From Prevotella sp. (lineage in GTDB: Bacteria; Bacteroidota; Bacteroidia; Bacteroidales; Bacteroidaceae), in NCBI GenBank assembly GCA_017483805.1, contig JAFUUL010000039.1:2300-66299 (forward strand): a stretch of 64,000 bases of DNA. The letters run 5' to 3'. The translations under genes and the position numbers were made by a program. The notes beneath the pieces were generated by a model that saw nothing but the letters and a program-made list of their open reading frames with translations, ran no database searches and had not been told where the DNA came from. Below are positions 43,654 through 54,014 of the stretch, in pieces; the stretch's first letter is position 1; each line of letters starts with the position of its first letter.

Positions 43654-44026
43654 GGGGGCTTCCGGCGCCTCCAGCGCCTCGTTCCGAATGCTTCCCACGC
43701 CTTGTTCCGATGCTTCGCAGCCTCCGTCCGGATGCTTCCTTACCCCCATTAGGAACCGTCTCTTCGGCTGTTGCTGACCGTTGCGTCTCGGATGCATTGG
43801 CAAAGGTACGAAGAAAAAATGATGCAAAACAATCTTTCCCCGTTTTATCTGAATATTATTTCAAATGTTAACAAGGCGCAGCGGCGCGTCGGCGCGTCGA
43901 CGCGCCTCATTGTCTGTCAGTGAAATATTAAATAATGAAATAATTCTTATATTTTAACACCAAATACTTGTGCGTCTGCGTTTTTTTCATTACCTTTGTT
44001 GTCTCATTGAAAGAAATCCGATAATA

Positions 44027-45148
44027 ATGAAAATACGAGAAATACTGCTGTTCGCCCTCCTGACGATGATACCCCCCACGGCAGCGGCCCAGAAGATCAC
44101 GCTGGGCTCGTGCACCACCAGGGACGGCGGACAATACAACGGAGAGATGGCGGCAGGAAAGCCGCACGGCAAGGGCAAGACGCTCTGGACTAACGGCAAC
44201 ACCTATGAGGGCCAGTACAGCAAGGGCAAGCGCGAGGGCTACGGCGTCTACACCTTCGTGGACGGCGAGCGCTACGAGGGCCAGTGGCTGCAGGACCATC
44301 AGCACGGCCAGGGCACCTACTACTTCCAGAACAACAACAAGTACGTGGGCCTCTGGTTCAAGGACTACCAGCAGGGACAGGGCGTGATGTACTACTTCAA
44401 CGGCGACACCTACACCGGCAACTGGCGCGAGGACAAGCGCGACGGACGGGGCAAGTACGTCTTTGCCGAGGGAGCCTACTATGATGGCGAGTGGCGCGAC
44501 GACAAGAAGGACGGCCGCGGCTACTTCGACTGGGGCGACGGCACGACCTACGACGGCGAGTGGCGGGCCAACCTGCGCAACGGCAAGGGCATATACAAGT
44601 ATGCCGACGGCGACGTCTACGTGGGCCAGTGGCAGGCCGACATGCAGCACGGCAAGGGCATCTACCGATTCCAGAACGGCGACATCTACGAGGGTGACTA
44701 CTTCAACGGACGCCGATCGGGCACGGGCATCTTCAAGTATGCCAACGGCGACAGGTACAACGGCCAGTTCAAGGACGGATTCAAGGAGGGCCAGGGCACC
44801 CTGGTGTGGGCCAACGGCAACACCTATCAGGGCCAGTGGAAGGCCGACCAGCCCAACGGCCGCGGCAAACTGACCACGAAGGCTGGCGACGTGGTGGAGG
44901 GCCAGTTCAAGAACGGCCATCCTGACGGCGAGTGCATAGGCCACCTGGCCGACGGCTCGAAGTTTAAGGCCCAGTTCAAGAACGGCGTGCGCCACGGCTC
45001 GGCCATCGAGGAAAACAAGGACGGCCTGCGCTTCGAGGGCAACTACAGCGAGGGCAAGCGCCACGGCGACTTCGTGGAGAAAGACCGCAACGGCAACGTG
45101 GTGGCCAGCGGCACCTACGACAACGGCTATCGCAAGGCAAACAAATAA
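44027..45148 (+). CDS. Secreted MORN-repeat protein
   Basis: Signal peptide; many 23-aa YxGxWxxxxxxGxG repeats. Confidence 0.92.
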   Translation: MKIREILLFALLTMIPPTAAAQKITLGSCTTRDGGQYNGEMAAGKPHGKGKTLWTNGNTYEGQYSKGKREGYGVYTFVDGERYEGQWLQDHQHGQGTYYFQNNNKYVGLWFKDYQQGQGVMYYFNGDTYTGNWREDKRDGRGKYVFAEGAYYDGEWRDDKKDGRGYFDWGDGTTYDGEWRANLRNGKGIYKYADGDVYVGQWQADMQHGKGIYRFQNGDIYEGDYFNGRRSGTGIFKYANGDRYNGQFKDGFKEGQGTLVWANGNTYQGQWKADQPNGRGKLTTKAGDVVEGQFKNGHPDGECIGHLADGSKFKAQFKNGVRHGSAIEENKDGLRFEGNYSEGKRHGDFVEKDRNGNVVASGTYDNGYRKANK

Positions 45149-45175
45149 GTAAGTAACCCCAAAAACAATACTATT

Positions 45176-45622
45176 ATGATCATCGACACATTAGACAACC
45201 TGGGCAAGTATGCGGGCGTGAACCCCCTGTTTGCCGACGTAGTGGAATTCCTCAAGCACAACGACCTGGCCTCGATGGAGGCAGGCAAGTATCCCATCAA
45301 GGACAAGGACCTCTTTGTCAACATCACTACGGCCAAGGGCAAGGCTCCCGACGAGGCCGTGCTGGAGACGCACATCAAGATGATAGACATACAGATACCC
45401 ATCGACGGGCCCGAGACCTACGGCTACACCCCCCTGTGCCGTCTGCCCGAGGTGGAATACAACGCCGAGAAGGACATCACGAAGTATCCCGACCTGATGG
45501 CCGAGAGTTTCATCGACTGCCAGCCGGGCATGTTTGCCATCTTCTTCCCGCAGGACGGCCACGCCCCCTGCATATCGATGGCTCCTGAGATCAAGAAGGC
45601 TATTTTCAAGGTTAAAGCATAA
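45176..45622 (+). CDS. YhcH/YjgK/YiaL family protein, cytoplasmic
   Basis: MIIDTL, ETHIKMIDIQ, YNAEKD, FFPQDGH. Confidence 0.9.
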   Translation: MIIDTLDNLGKYAGVNPLFADVVEFLKHNDLASMEAGKYPIKDKDLFVNITTAKGKAPDEAVLETHIKMIDIQIPIDGPETYGYTPLCRLPEVEYNAEKDITKYPDLMAESFIDCQPGMFAIFFPQDGHAPCISMAPEIKKAIFKVKA

Positions 45623-45629
45623 GACGACT

Positions 45630-47672
45630 ATGGCAAAGAAAAAGACAGTGGAGGAGGCCGCCCCCAAGCATATCGGCCTCGTCGAGAACGATGGTTGGCT
45701 CGAACCATTTGAGGACGCTATCCGTGGCCGCCACGACCACGCCGTGTGGAAACTGAACCAACTGACGCGCAACGGCAAGACCTCGCTGAAGGACTTTGCC
45801 GCCGGCCACCTGTACTTCGGCCTGCACAAGCAGGCACGCGGATGGGTGTTCCGCGAGTGGGCCCCCAATGCCACGGAGATCTACCTGATAGGCGAGTTCA
45901 ACGGCTGGCAGGAAGACGAGAAGTACAAGTGCAAGCGTATTGAGGGTACTGGCAACTGGGAACTGAAACTGAAGGAGAAAGACCTGAAGCACGGCCAACT
46001 CTACAAGATGAAGGTGAAGTGGAACGGCGGCGAGGGAGAGCGCATACCCGCCTGGTGCCGCCGCGTGGTGCAGGACGAAGAGACCAAGATATTCTCCGCC
46101 CAGGTGTGGAACCCCAAGCAGCCCTACATCTGGAAGAAGGCAGGCTTCAAGCCCAAGAAGAACCCGCTGCTCATCTACGAGTGCCACGTCGGCATGGGAC
46201 AGGACGCCGAGAAGGTGGGCACCTACACTGAGTTCCGCGAAAACGTGCTGCCACGCGTCATCAAGGACGGCTACAACTGCATACAGGTGATGGCCATCCA
46301 GGAGCATCCCTACTACGGTTCCTTCGGCTACCACGTGTCGTCGTTCTTCGCCCCCAGCAGCCGCTTCGGCACGCCAGAGGAACTGAAGGCACTCATCGAC
46401 GAGGCCCACAAGCACGGCGTGGCCGTCATCATGGACATCGTGCACTCTCACGCCGTGAAGAACGAGGTGGAGGGCCTGGGCAACCTCTGCGGCGACCCCA
46501 ACCAGTTCTTCTATCCTGGCGACCGCCACGAGCATCCAGCATGGGACTCGCTCTGCTTCGACTACGGCAAGGACGACGTGATGCACTTCCTGCTCTCCAA
46601 CTGCCGCTACTGGCTCGAGGAGTATCAGTTCGACGGTTTCCGCTTCGACGGCGTCACCTCGATGCTCTACTACAGCCACGGACTGGGCGAGGCCTTCGGC
46701 GGCTACGGCGACTACTTCAATGGTCATGAGGATGACAACGCCATCTGCTATCTGACGCTGGCCAACTGCCTGATCCACGAGGAGAACCCCAACGCCATCA
46801 CCATAGCCGAGGAGGTGAGCGGCATGCCAGGCCTGGCTGCCAAGTTCGAGGACGGCGGCTTCGGCTTCGACTATCGCATGGCCATGAACATACCCGACTA
46901 CTGGATCAAGACCATCAAGGAGCAGAGCGACGAGAACTGGAAGCCCTCGAGCATCTTCTGGGAAGTGAAGAACCGCCGACCCGACGAGAAGACCATCTCC
47001 TACTGCGAGAGCCACGACCAGGCTCTGGTGGGCGACAAGACCATCATCTTCCGCCTGATAGATGCCGACATGTACTGGCACTTCGCCAAGAAGGACATCA
47101 ACGGCGTGGCCGAGCGAGGCATCGCCCTCCACAAGATGATACGTCTGGTGACGCTGGCTGCCATCAACGGCGGCTACCTGAACTTCATGGGCAACGAGTT
47201 CGGACACCCAGAGTGGATCGACTTCCCACGCGAGGGCAACGGCTGGTCGTACAAGTATGCACGCCGACAGTGGAACCTGGTGGACAACAAGGACCTGTGC
47301 TACCACTGGCTGGGCGACTTCGACCGCGAGATGATCAAGGTCGTGAAGAGCGTGCGCAACTTCCAGCAGAAGCCCGTGGTGGAGATATGGCACAACGACG
47401 GCGACCAGGTGCTGGCCTTCATGCGAGGCGACCTGCTCTTCGTGTTCAACTTCTCGCCCACGCAGTCGTTCACCGACTATGGCTTCCTCGTCCCCACGGG
47501 CTCCTACGACGTGGTGCTCAACACCGACTCGAAGGACTTCGGCGGCTTCGGATTTGCCGATGACAGCATCACCCACTTCACCAACTACGACCCGCTCTAC
47601 GTCGAGGATCACAAGGAGTGGCTCAAACTCTACATCCCTGCCCGCTCGGCAGTGGTGCTGAAGAAGAACTGA
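45630..47672 (+). CDS. glgB: 1,4-alpha-glucan branching enzyme (GH13)
   Basis: REWAPNA, GSFGYHV, GFRFDGVTSM, AEEVSG, ESHDQ. Confidence 0.93.
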   Translation: MAKKKTVEEAAPKHIGLVENDGWLEPFEDAIRGRHDHAVWKLNQLTRNGKTSLKDFAAGHLYFGLHKQARGWVFREWAPNATEIYLIGEFNGWQEDEKYKCKRIEGTGNWELKLKEKDLKHGQLYKMKVKWNGGEGERIPAWCRRVVQDEETKIFSAQVWNPKQPYIWKKAGFKPKKNPLLIYECHVGMGQDAEKVGTYTEFRENVLPRVIKDGYNCIQVMAIQEHPYYGSFGYHVSSFFAPSSRFGTPEELKALIDEAHKHGVAVIMDIVHSHAVKNEVEGLGNLCGDPNQFFYPGDRHEHPAWDSLCFDYGKDDVMHFLLSNCRYWLEEYQFDGFRFDGVTSMLYYSHGLGEAFGGYGDYFNGHEDDNAICYLTLANCLIHEENPNAITIAEEVSGMPGLAAKFEDGGFGFDYRMAMNIPDYWIKTIKEQSDENWKPSSIFWEVKNRRPDEKTISYCESHDQALVGDKTIIFRLIDADMYWHFAKKDINGVAERGIALHKMIRLVTLAAINGGYLNFMGNEFGHPEWIDFPREGNGWSYKYARRQWNLVDNKDLCYHWLGDFDREMIKVVKSVRNFQQKPVVEIWHNDGDQVLAFMRGDLLFVFNFSPTQSFTDYGFLVPTGSYDVVLNTDSKDFGGFGFADDSITHFTNYDPLYVEDHKEWLKLYIPARSAVVLKKN

Positions 47673-48760
47673 TGCATTATCACGACCCACATAGCAAGAA
47701 CGGCACCATCACCACCAAGGTGGTGTGTGCCGTCTGCTTTCTCGCCTTCTCGTTCGCCTGGCTCTACTGGTTCCAGGCCGACGTGCTGGCCGTGGCCCAG
47801 CATGTGCTCAGTGGGGGCGTCACCCGCTACGACCGCACGTGGGGGGCCGTCATCATCACCATGGCCCTGCTGCTGTTGCAACTGGGCGTCTTTGCCCTGA
47901 CGCGGCTCTCGCGCCGCACCCACGCGCTCACCTATCTGCCCTCCATGCTCCTGCTGGCCGTGCTGTCTGACGTCGATGCCGACATCAGCAGCCGCTCCAC
48001 CTTTGGCCACTGGCTCTGGCTGGCTCCGCTGATACTGTTACTATGGGGCGGAGCCGTCTGGCTGGCTAAGCAGATGTTTCCCTTCGATAGTGACGACAAG
48101 GTGCCTACAGGACTTTTCTCGCGTCGCGTCTGGCTGAATCTGTTGCAGATGGCCCTAATGATGCTGTTTGTGGCGCTGGCCGCCAACTCCAATGCCGTGT
48201 TCCACTTCCGTGCCCATGCTGAGACGGCCCTGATGAGGGGCGACGTGGACGAAGCACTCAGGGTGGGCAGTCGGTCGCACGAGTCTGACGAGACCCTGAC
48301 CATGTTGCGTGCCTATGCCCTGGCTCGCAAGGGCGAACTGGGCGAGCGGCTCTTCGAGTATCCTGTCGTTGGCACCAGCGAGAACCTCCTGCCCTCGGCT
48401 TCGCCGCTGCAGATCCTGTCGCCAGACTCCATCTGGCGCTTCCTGGGTGCTCGCCCGGCCTTCCCCATGCCTGCCCGTCGCTACTACTATTGCCTGGAGC
48501 ACGACTCGCTGGCGTCGCCTGCCGTTCGCGACTACGTGCTCTGCAGCCACCTGATAGATCGCGACCTGAATGCCTTCGTCAGTGCCCTGCAGCACTACGA
48601 TGGCAGCAATGACAGCATAAAGAAAGAGGTCCTGCCCCGCTACTATCGCGAAGCACTGGACCTCTATGAGCATCTGCGCAGCAATCCTGAACGGTCTGTC
48701 AGCGACTACGAGCGCAGCATGGGTACCTACTACTGGTACTACTACTATTCTACTCGATGA
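47672..48760 (+). CDS. DUF6057-like membrane protein
   Basis: Several N-terminal TM helices; GELGERLFEYP; C-terminal TYYWYYY. Confidence 0.65.
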   Translation: MHYHDPHSKNGTITTKVVCAVCFLAFSFAWLYWFQADVLAVAQHVLSGGVTRYDRTWGAVIITMALLLLQLGVFALTRLSRRTHALTYLPSMLLLAVLSDVDADISSRSTFGHWLWLAPLILLLWGGAVWLAKQMFPFDSDDKVPTGLFSRRVWLNLLQMALMMLFVALAANSNAVFHFRAHAETALMRGDVDEALRVGSRSHESDETLTMLRAYALARKGELGERLFEYPVVGTSENLLPSASPLQILSPDSIWRFLGARPAFPMPARRYYYCLEHDSLASPAVRDYVLCSHLIDRDLNAFVSALQHYDGSNDSIKKEVLPRYYREALDLYEHLRSNPERSVSDYERSMGTYYWYYYYSTR

Positions 48761-49181
48761 CCACGAGGGCGTCGTCTTCCATGACGCTCTCGCCAATCTT
48801 CACGCATACGGCAGTCACCCGTCCGGCCTTCTCGGCCTGCAGGTTGTTGGCCATCTTCATGGCCTCCAGCACCACGACGGTGTCTCCAGCCTGAACCTCG
48901 TCGCCCACGGCCACCTTGATGTCGGTGATGACACCAGGCAGGGGAGCCTTCACGGCGTTGTTCTTGTTGATAGCACCCTTGTCGGCAGCGGGAGCGTCGT
49001 TGCTCTCGGCAGCGGCGGCGGGCTTGCCAAGCACGGGCTTCTTCTTCTCCGGCTCGGCCTCCTTCTCCATCTCTACCGTGTATTCCTCACCGTTGACGGT
49101 GACCTTCACGATGTTCTCCTCGATGTCGCCGATGGCCACTTCGTACTTCGTTCCGTTGATGGTATACTTGTATTCTTTCAT
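48750..49181 (-). CDS. Biotin carboxyl carrier protein (MmdC-like)
   Basis: EAMKM biotinylation motif; Ala/Pro-rich linker. Confidence 0.92.
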   Translation of the reverse strand: MKEYKYTINGTKYEVAIGDIEENIVKVTVNGEEYTVEMEKEAEPEKKKPVLGKPAAAAESNDAPAADKGAINKNNAVKAPLPGVITDIKVAVGDEVQAGDTVVVLEAMKMANNLQAEKAGRVTAVCVKIGESVMEDDALVVIE

Positions 49182-49193
49182 GTCTTTATTCGT

Positions 49194-49346
49194 TTAAGGA
49201 TGTGCTGTCATGGTCTGTGCGTAGCCGTTCCACTGCGTGGAGCGCTCGGCAATCGTGATGATGCCGGGCTCCGCGTCGTGTACGTTGTTGCCCAGATGCT
49301 CATGCAGAGCCATTGCGATGGCAGCATAAACTTCGTTCTGTTTCAT
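49194..49346 (-). CDS. 50-aa protein resembling the soluble C-terminus of OadG/MmdD; not in the ORF track
   Basis: Hand translation: MKQNEVYAAIAMALHEHLGNNVHDAEPGIITIAERSTQWNGYAQTMTAHP. It fills the gap between the carboxyltransferase and biotin carrier genes. Confidence 0.8.
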   Translation of the reverse strand: MKQNEVYAAIAMALHEHLGNNVHDAEPGIITIAERSTQWNGYAQTMTAHP

Positions 49347-49361
49347 AAGCAAAAAATACGA

Positions 49362-50927
49362 TTACATGGGGATATTTCCGTGCTTCTTGGCAGGCAGTGC
49401 ATCGCGCTTGGTGGCCAGTTGAGCCAGACCGCGGCAGATGCGGAAGCGGGTGTTGCGCGGCTCGATCACGTCGTCGATGTAGCCGTACTTGGCTGCCTGA
49501 TAAGGATTGGCGAAGAGTTCGTTGTACTCGTCCTCCTTCTCGGCGATGAAAGCCTTCACGTCCTCGCCGGCCTCCTTCTTGGCCTTGGCCTCCTTGGCGT
49601 AGAGCACAGCAGCAGCACCGCTGGCACCCATCACGGCAATCTCGGCTGAGGGCCATGCGTAGTTCAGGTCGGTGTGCAGTTGCTTTGAGCCCATCACGAT
49701 GTGAGAGCCGCCGTAGGACTTGCGCAGCGTGACGGTGATCTTGGGCACAGTGGCCTCGCCGTAGGCGTAGAGCAACTGGGCACCATGCAGGATGACGGCA
49801 TTGTACTCCTGACCCGTACCGGGCAGGAATCCAGGCACGTCGACCAGCGACACGATAGGAATGTTGAAGGCGTCGCAGAAGCGGACGAAGCGGGCACCCT
49901 TGCGAGAGGCGTTCACGTCGAGCACGCCTGCATAGCAAGAGGGCTGGTTGGCCACGATGCCTACGCTTTGGCCGTTGAAGCGGGCAAAGCCCACGATGAT
50001 GTTCTTGGCAAACTTGGGCTGTACCTCGAAGAACTCGCCGTTGTCCACGATGCTGCCGATGACCTTGTACATGTCGTAGGCCTCGTTGGGATTCTCAGGG
50101 ATAATCTCGTTCAGGGCATCCTCCATACGGTTGATGGGATCCTCGCACTTCTTGCGGGGAGCCGTCTCCATGTTGTTAGAGGGGATGTAGGAGAGCAGGG
50201 TCTTCAGCATCTGGATGCCCTCCTCCTCGGTCTTGGCCGTGAAGTGGGTCACGCCGCTCTTCGTGGCATGGACGCTGGCGCCGCCCAGGTGCTCCTGGTC
50301 GATGTCCTCGCCAGTGACGGTCTTCACCACCTTCGGGCCTGTGAGGAACATATAAGAGGTGTTCTCCATCATCAGCGTGAAGTCGGTGAGGGCAGGAGAG
50401 TAGACGGCACCACCTGCACAGGGGCCGAAGATACCGCTGATCTGGGGGATGACACCTGAAGCCAGGATGTTACGCTCGAAGATCTCGGCGTAGCCGGCCA
50501 GGGCGTTGATGCCCTCCTGGATGCGTGCACCACCCGAGTCGTTGATGCCGATGACGGGGGCACCCATCTTCATGGCCATGTCCATCACCTTGCAGATCTT
50601 CTGGCTCATGGTCTCAGAGAGAGAACCAGCATGAACGGTGAAGTCCTGTGCGAAGATGAAGACCAGACGGCCGTCGATGGTACCACTGCCTGCTACCACG
50701 CCATCGCCAGGGAACTGCTTCTTCTCCATGCCGAAGTTGTGGCAACGGTGCTCCTTGAACATATCGTATTCCTCGAACGAACCCTCGTCGAGGAGCATCT
50801 CAATGCGCTCACGGGCCGTGTACTTGCCACGCTCGTGCTGCTTCTGAATGGCTTTCTCACCACCACCGAGACGAGCCTGTTCGCGCTTCTCGATGAGTTG
50901 CTTGATTTTTTCTAGTTGTTTTGACAT
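49362..50927 (-). CDS. Acyl-CoA carboxyltransferase (methylmalonyl-CoA decarboxylase alpha / PccB family)
   Basis: [37 protein letters not shown]. Confidence 0.93.
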   Translation of the reverse strand: MSKQLEKIKQLIEKREQARLGGGEKAIQKQHERGKYTARERIEMLLDEGSFEEYDMFKEHRCHNFGMEKKQFPGDGVVAGSGTIDGRLVFIFAQDFTVHAGSLSETMSQKICKVMDMAMKMGAPVIGINDSGGARIQEGINALAGYAEIFERNILASGVIPQISGIFGPCAGGAVYSPALTDFTLMMENTSYMFLTGPKVVKTVTGEDIDQEHLGGASVHATKSGVTHFTAKTEEEGIQMLKTLLSYIPSNNMETAPRKKCEDPINRMEDALNEIIPENPNEAYDMYKVIGSIVDNGEFFEVQPKFAKNIIVGFARFNGQSVGIVANQPSCYAGVLDVNASRKGARFVRFCDAFNIPIVSLVDVPGFLPGTGQEYNAVILHGAQLLYAYGEATVPKITVTLRKSYGGSHIVMGSKQLHTDLNYAWPSAEIAVMGASGAAAVLYAKEAKAKKEAGEDVKAFIAEKEDEYNELFANPYQAAKYGYIDDVIEPRNTRFRICRGLAQLATKRDALPAKKHGNIPM

Positions 50928-50976
50928 TGTTTTTTTGATATCGTTATTTCGTTATTACGTTGTTTCGTCATCACGA

Positions 50977-51387
50977 TTACTCAGGGTGCTCGCAGAGTTC
51001 TGTCAGCACGCCGGCAGTCGATTTGGGATGCAGGAAAGCGATGTTCAGGCCCTCGGCACCCTTGCGCGGAGCCTGGTCGATCAGGCGGACGCCCTTCTCG
51101 CTGACCTCAGCCAGTGCGTTGGCCACGCCATCCTCGATGCAGAAAGCCACGTGGTGCACGCCCTTGTTGCCTTTGTCGAGCCACTTCTGGATGGTGCTCT
51201 CAGGGCTTGTCGGCTCCAGCAGTTCCAGTTTCACCTCGCCGCACTTCAGGAAGGCGGTCTTCACTTTCTGGTCTTCTACCACTTCTGTTGCATAACACTC
51301 CAGGCCCAGCACGTCGGTAAAGAACGGCAGGCTCTCTTCAATGCTCTGGACGGCAATGCCCAGATGCTCAATGTGTGAAATCTTCAT
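50977..51387 (-). CDS. mce: Methylmalonyl-CoA epimerase
   Basis: EHLGIAV, LELLEP, GVHHVAF, FLHPKST, ELCE. Confidence 0.95.
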   Translation of the reverse strand: MKISHIEHLGIAVQSIEESLPFFTDVLGLECYATEVVEDQKVKTAFLKCGEVKLELLEPTSPESTIQKWLDKGNKGVHHVAFCIEDGVANALAEVSEKGVRLIDQAPRKGAEGLNIAFLHPKSTAGVLTELCEHPE

Positions 51388-51489
51388 GTCTATAAAAGTT
51401 TAAACTTAAGTTTTGTGGTGCAAAGATACGAAATATATGTGAGATACCCTTTCTTTATTTGCTTTATTTAATAAAAAAAGAGATTCTAT

Positions 51490-53847
51490 TCAAAATTCCA
51501 CCGTAATTCTTCCGTTTATCTGTCTGCCCGTAAGATAATTGGGCACGGCCCACTGGCGGTTGGTGACATCGGTCACCCAGTAGTAACTGTTCACGTTGCT
51601 GATGCCAAACAGGTTCAGGCAGTCGATGCCGAGCCACAGGTTCTTGATGGCTTTCTGATGGTGAAGTGCCAGATAACTCATGCCGATGTCGGCACGCTTG
51701 TAGGCCGGAGCACGGAAGTTCTGGCTCTCCAGGCCGCGGTGGGGGGCGCCGAAGGGCAGGCCGTCGGCATAGGCCAGGCGCAGTGTCATCTTCCAGCGTT
51801 CAGTGCCAGGGAAGTAGTCGGTGAAGTGGAGATTGATAGCGTAGCGCTGGTCTGTAGGCAGGGGGACCCACTCGCCGTTCATCTTCTGCTGGGTGCGCAT
51901 CAGCGAGAGCGATATCCACGAGTCGGTGCCTGGCACAAACTGGCCGTAGAGTTTCATGTCGAGGCCTGCGGCATAGCCTGAGCACATATTCTGACCATAG
52001 TAGGTCACTTTCACGTTCTGCACGTTGTAGGGAATCAGGTTGCCCAGTGCCTTGTAGTAGGCTTCAGCCGTAAACTTATAGGGCAGGTCGCGCATCTTGA
52101 AGCGATAGTCGAGGGCTGCCAGGAACTGCAGCGACCGCTGGCTCTTGATGTTGCGGTTCAGCGTGGCCACGGTGACGCCCGCCACGGTAGTCGTATCGCG
52201 CAGTTCCTTGAAGAAAGGCGCCTGGTAGTAGAGGCCTGTGGCGAAGCGATAGGTCAGGTTGGTGTTGGAGCCTGGCACAATGGCCAGCGAGACGCGGGGC
52301 GAGACGATGGTCTCCTTGTTGAACGACCAGTGGGCAAAGCGCACGCCGAAGTTCAGTTTGTAGAAAGTCTCGCCTCGGTTCCATTTCAGGGCATCCTGCA
52401 CGTAGCCCTCCACGCGCTGCGACCGCATATCGTTCTGCGAGTTGAGTGTGTAGATGAGGTCCAGGCGGTTGCCTGTGTGAGGCACCGAGTAGCCGCTGGA
52501 GTCGCGCATCTCGTATTCGCGGCTCTGCTCTTCTATGTGTTCCCACTTATAGGTCAGGCCTGCCTCGATGTCGTGGTTCCGCAGCGTCTTCTGATACATC
52601 AGTTTCAGACTCTGCACGTTGGCAGTCAGATAGTTGCGGGCATGCTCGGCGTAGGTGCCCACACCCAGATTCTCTGAACTCTCTGTATCGTCCAGCCAGT
52701 ACTGGCCCTGAATGTCGTAGCGTTCCTGCTCCTTGGTGTGGAAGGCCGACCAGAGCAGTTTGATATGGGTGGAGTCACCCAGATGGCGAGTGATGGAGGC
52801 CGTGCCGAACAGAGTGCGGAAGATGTCTTTCTCCTGACCGTCGAAGTAGACCTTGAATGACTTCACGTCCTCCATCGTGCCGAAAGAGGTTTCACGATCT
52901 TTTGGAGCGAAGTTGTAGTGATTCTCTGAGATATTTCCCAGCAGGGCGAGCGTCCATCTCTTGTTGGGCTCGTAGGTGATATATGTCTGATAGTCAAGTT
53001 GATTCGGGCGATACTCTCCAGTGGTTTCCAGGGAACCTAATAGGTAGCGGTTGGTCTTGTAGCGCAGGCCGTGGCTCATCGAGAACTTCTTGGTCGACAT
53101 GCCCACGTAGCCGCTGGCACCGAGTAGCGAAGCAGTGGCTGTGGCCTCGAATTTCTTCGGGCGCTTGTAGGTGATGTCAAGCGCGCTCGACATCTTGTCG
53201 CCGTATTTGGCCGAGAAGCCGCCAGTGCTGAAGCCCACGCTCTCCACCATGTCAGGGTTGATGATGCTCAGGCCTTCCTGTTGGCCGCTACGGATGAGCA
53301 GCGGACGATAGACCTCCACATTATTTATATATACAGAGTTCTCGTCGAACGAGCCGCCACGCACATTGTATTGGCTCGAAAGTTCGTTGTGGGTAGACAC
53401 GCCGGCCTGCTGCTGGATGAGTTCTTCCACGGCATTGCCGCTGGCCGACGGATTCGACTTCAGGTCGTTCACATCCAGTTGCTCCATGGCATCGGTCTGT
53501 CGGCGGCGTTCTACTACCACCACCTCGCCGAGTTCAAGCGTGTTCAGTTGCACCTGCAGTGTCTGCGTGGTCTTGGGGTTGCGCAGCACGCGGGTCTTCG
53601 CCTGATAGCCTATCATGGAAAACTTCACCACAACCGAGTCGGCCGACTGGAGGGTCATGCTGAATTCGCCCTTCAGGTTGGTCATCGTGACGGCAGCCTG
53701 CTCCAGGCACGACACGGTGGCCAGTTCCAGCGCGTTGCCTTCGTCGTCGGTCACTTTGCCTTTCAGTGTGAACGACTGAGCCAACACAGAGAGGCCCGTC
53801 ATCAGCATGGCGAGCAGAGTCAGTTGTCGTGTTATGATCTGTTTCAT
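51490..53847 (-). CDS. TonB-dependent receptor with N-terminal carboxypeptidase-like domain
   Basis: Signal peptide; plug motifs YNVRGG and GGFSAKYG; C-terminal Phe. Confidence 0.88.
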   Translation of the reverse strand: MKQIITRQLTLLAMLMTGLSVLAQSFTLKGKVTDDEGNALELATVSCLEQAAVTMTNLKGEFSMTLQSADSVVVKFSMIGYQAKTRVLRNPKTTQTLQVQLNTLELGEVVVVERRRQTDAMEQLDVNDLKSNPSASGNAVEELIQQQAGVSTHNELSSQYNVRGGSFDENSVYINNVEVYRPLLIRSGQQEGLSIINPDMVESVGFSTGGFSAKYGDKMSSALDITYKRPKKFEATATASLLGASGYVGMSTKKFSMSHGLRYKTNRYLLGSLETTGEYRPNQLDYQTYITYEPNKRWTLALLGNISENHYNFAPKDRETSFGTMEDVKSFKVYFDGQEKDIFRTLFGTASITRHLGDSTHIKLLWSAFHTKEQERYDIQGQYWLDDTESSENLGVGTYAEHARNYLTANVQSLKLMYQKTLRNHDIEAGLTYKWEHIEEQSREYEMRDSSGYSVPHTGNRLDLIYTLNSQNDMRSQRVEGYVQDALKWNRGETFYKLNFGVRFAHWSFNKETIVSPRVSLAIVPGSNTNLTYRFATGLYYQAPFFKELRDTTTVAGVTVATLNRNIKSQRSLQFLAALDYRFKMRDLPYKFTAEAYYKALGNLIPYNVQNVKVTYYGQNMCSGYAAGLDMKLYGQFVPGTDSWISLSLMRTQQKMNGEWVPLPTDQRYAINLHFTDYFPGTERWKMTLRLAYADGLPFGAPHRGLESQNFRAPAYKRADIGMSYLALHHQKAIKNLWLGIDCLNLFGISNVNSYYWVTDVTNRQWAVPNYLTGRQINGRITVEF

Positions 53848-53975
53848 CAAGGTTAATAACGCATAAATCTCCGTTTTATTACCTTTTTTCTTTGAGAATT
53901 CAAATAAAAGCCTTATCTTTGACCTGCGGTCGAAGGTACTTCGCTAGGAAAAACTCAAATAAATTTGGTATTTCG

Positions 53976-53997
53976 CTCACTTATTCGTACCTTTGCA
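53976..53997 (+). promoter_or_regulatory. Promoter-bearing 22-mer upstream of manA
   Basis: ctcacttattcgtacctttgca, identical to 23306-23327 on the minus strand. Confidence 0.7.
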
Positions 53998-54014
53998 GTC
54001 AGATTATTGAAAAC

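Noticed and set aside
43642-43827. 61-aa minus-strand ORF
   Set aside because: It starts upstream of the promoter box and is mostly translated repeat sequence.
44027-45148. Repetitive coding DNA as a diversity-generating or novel repeat locus
   Set aside because: It is fully explained by MORN repeats; no reverse transcriptase or template repeat is present.
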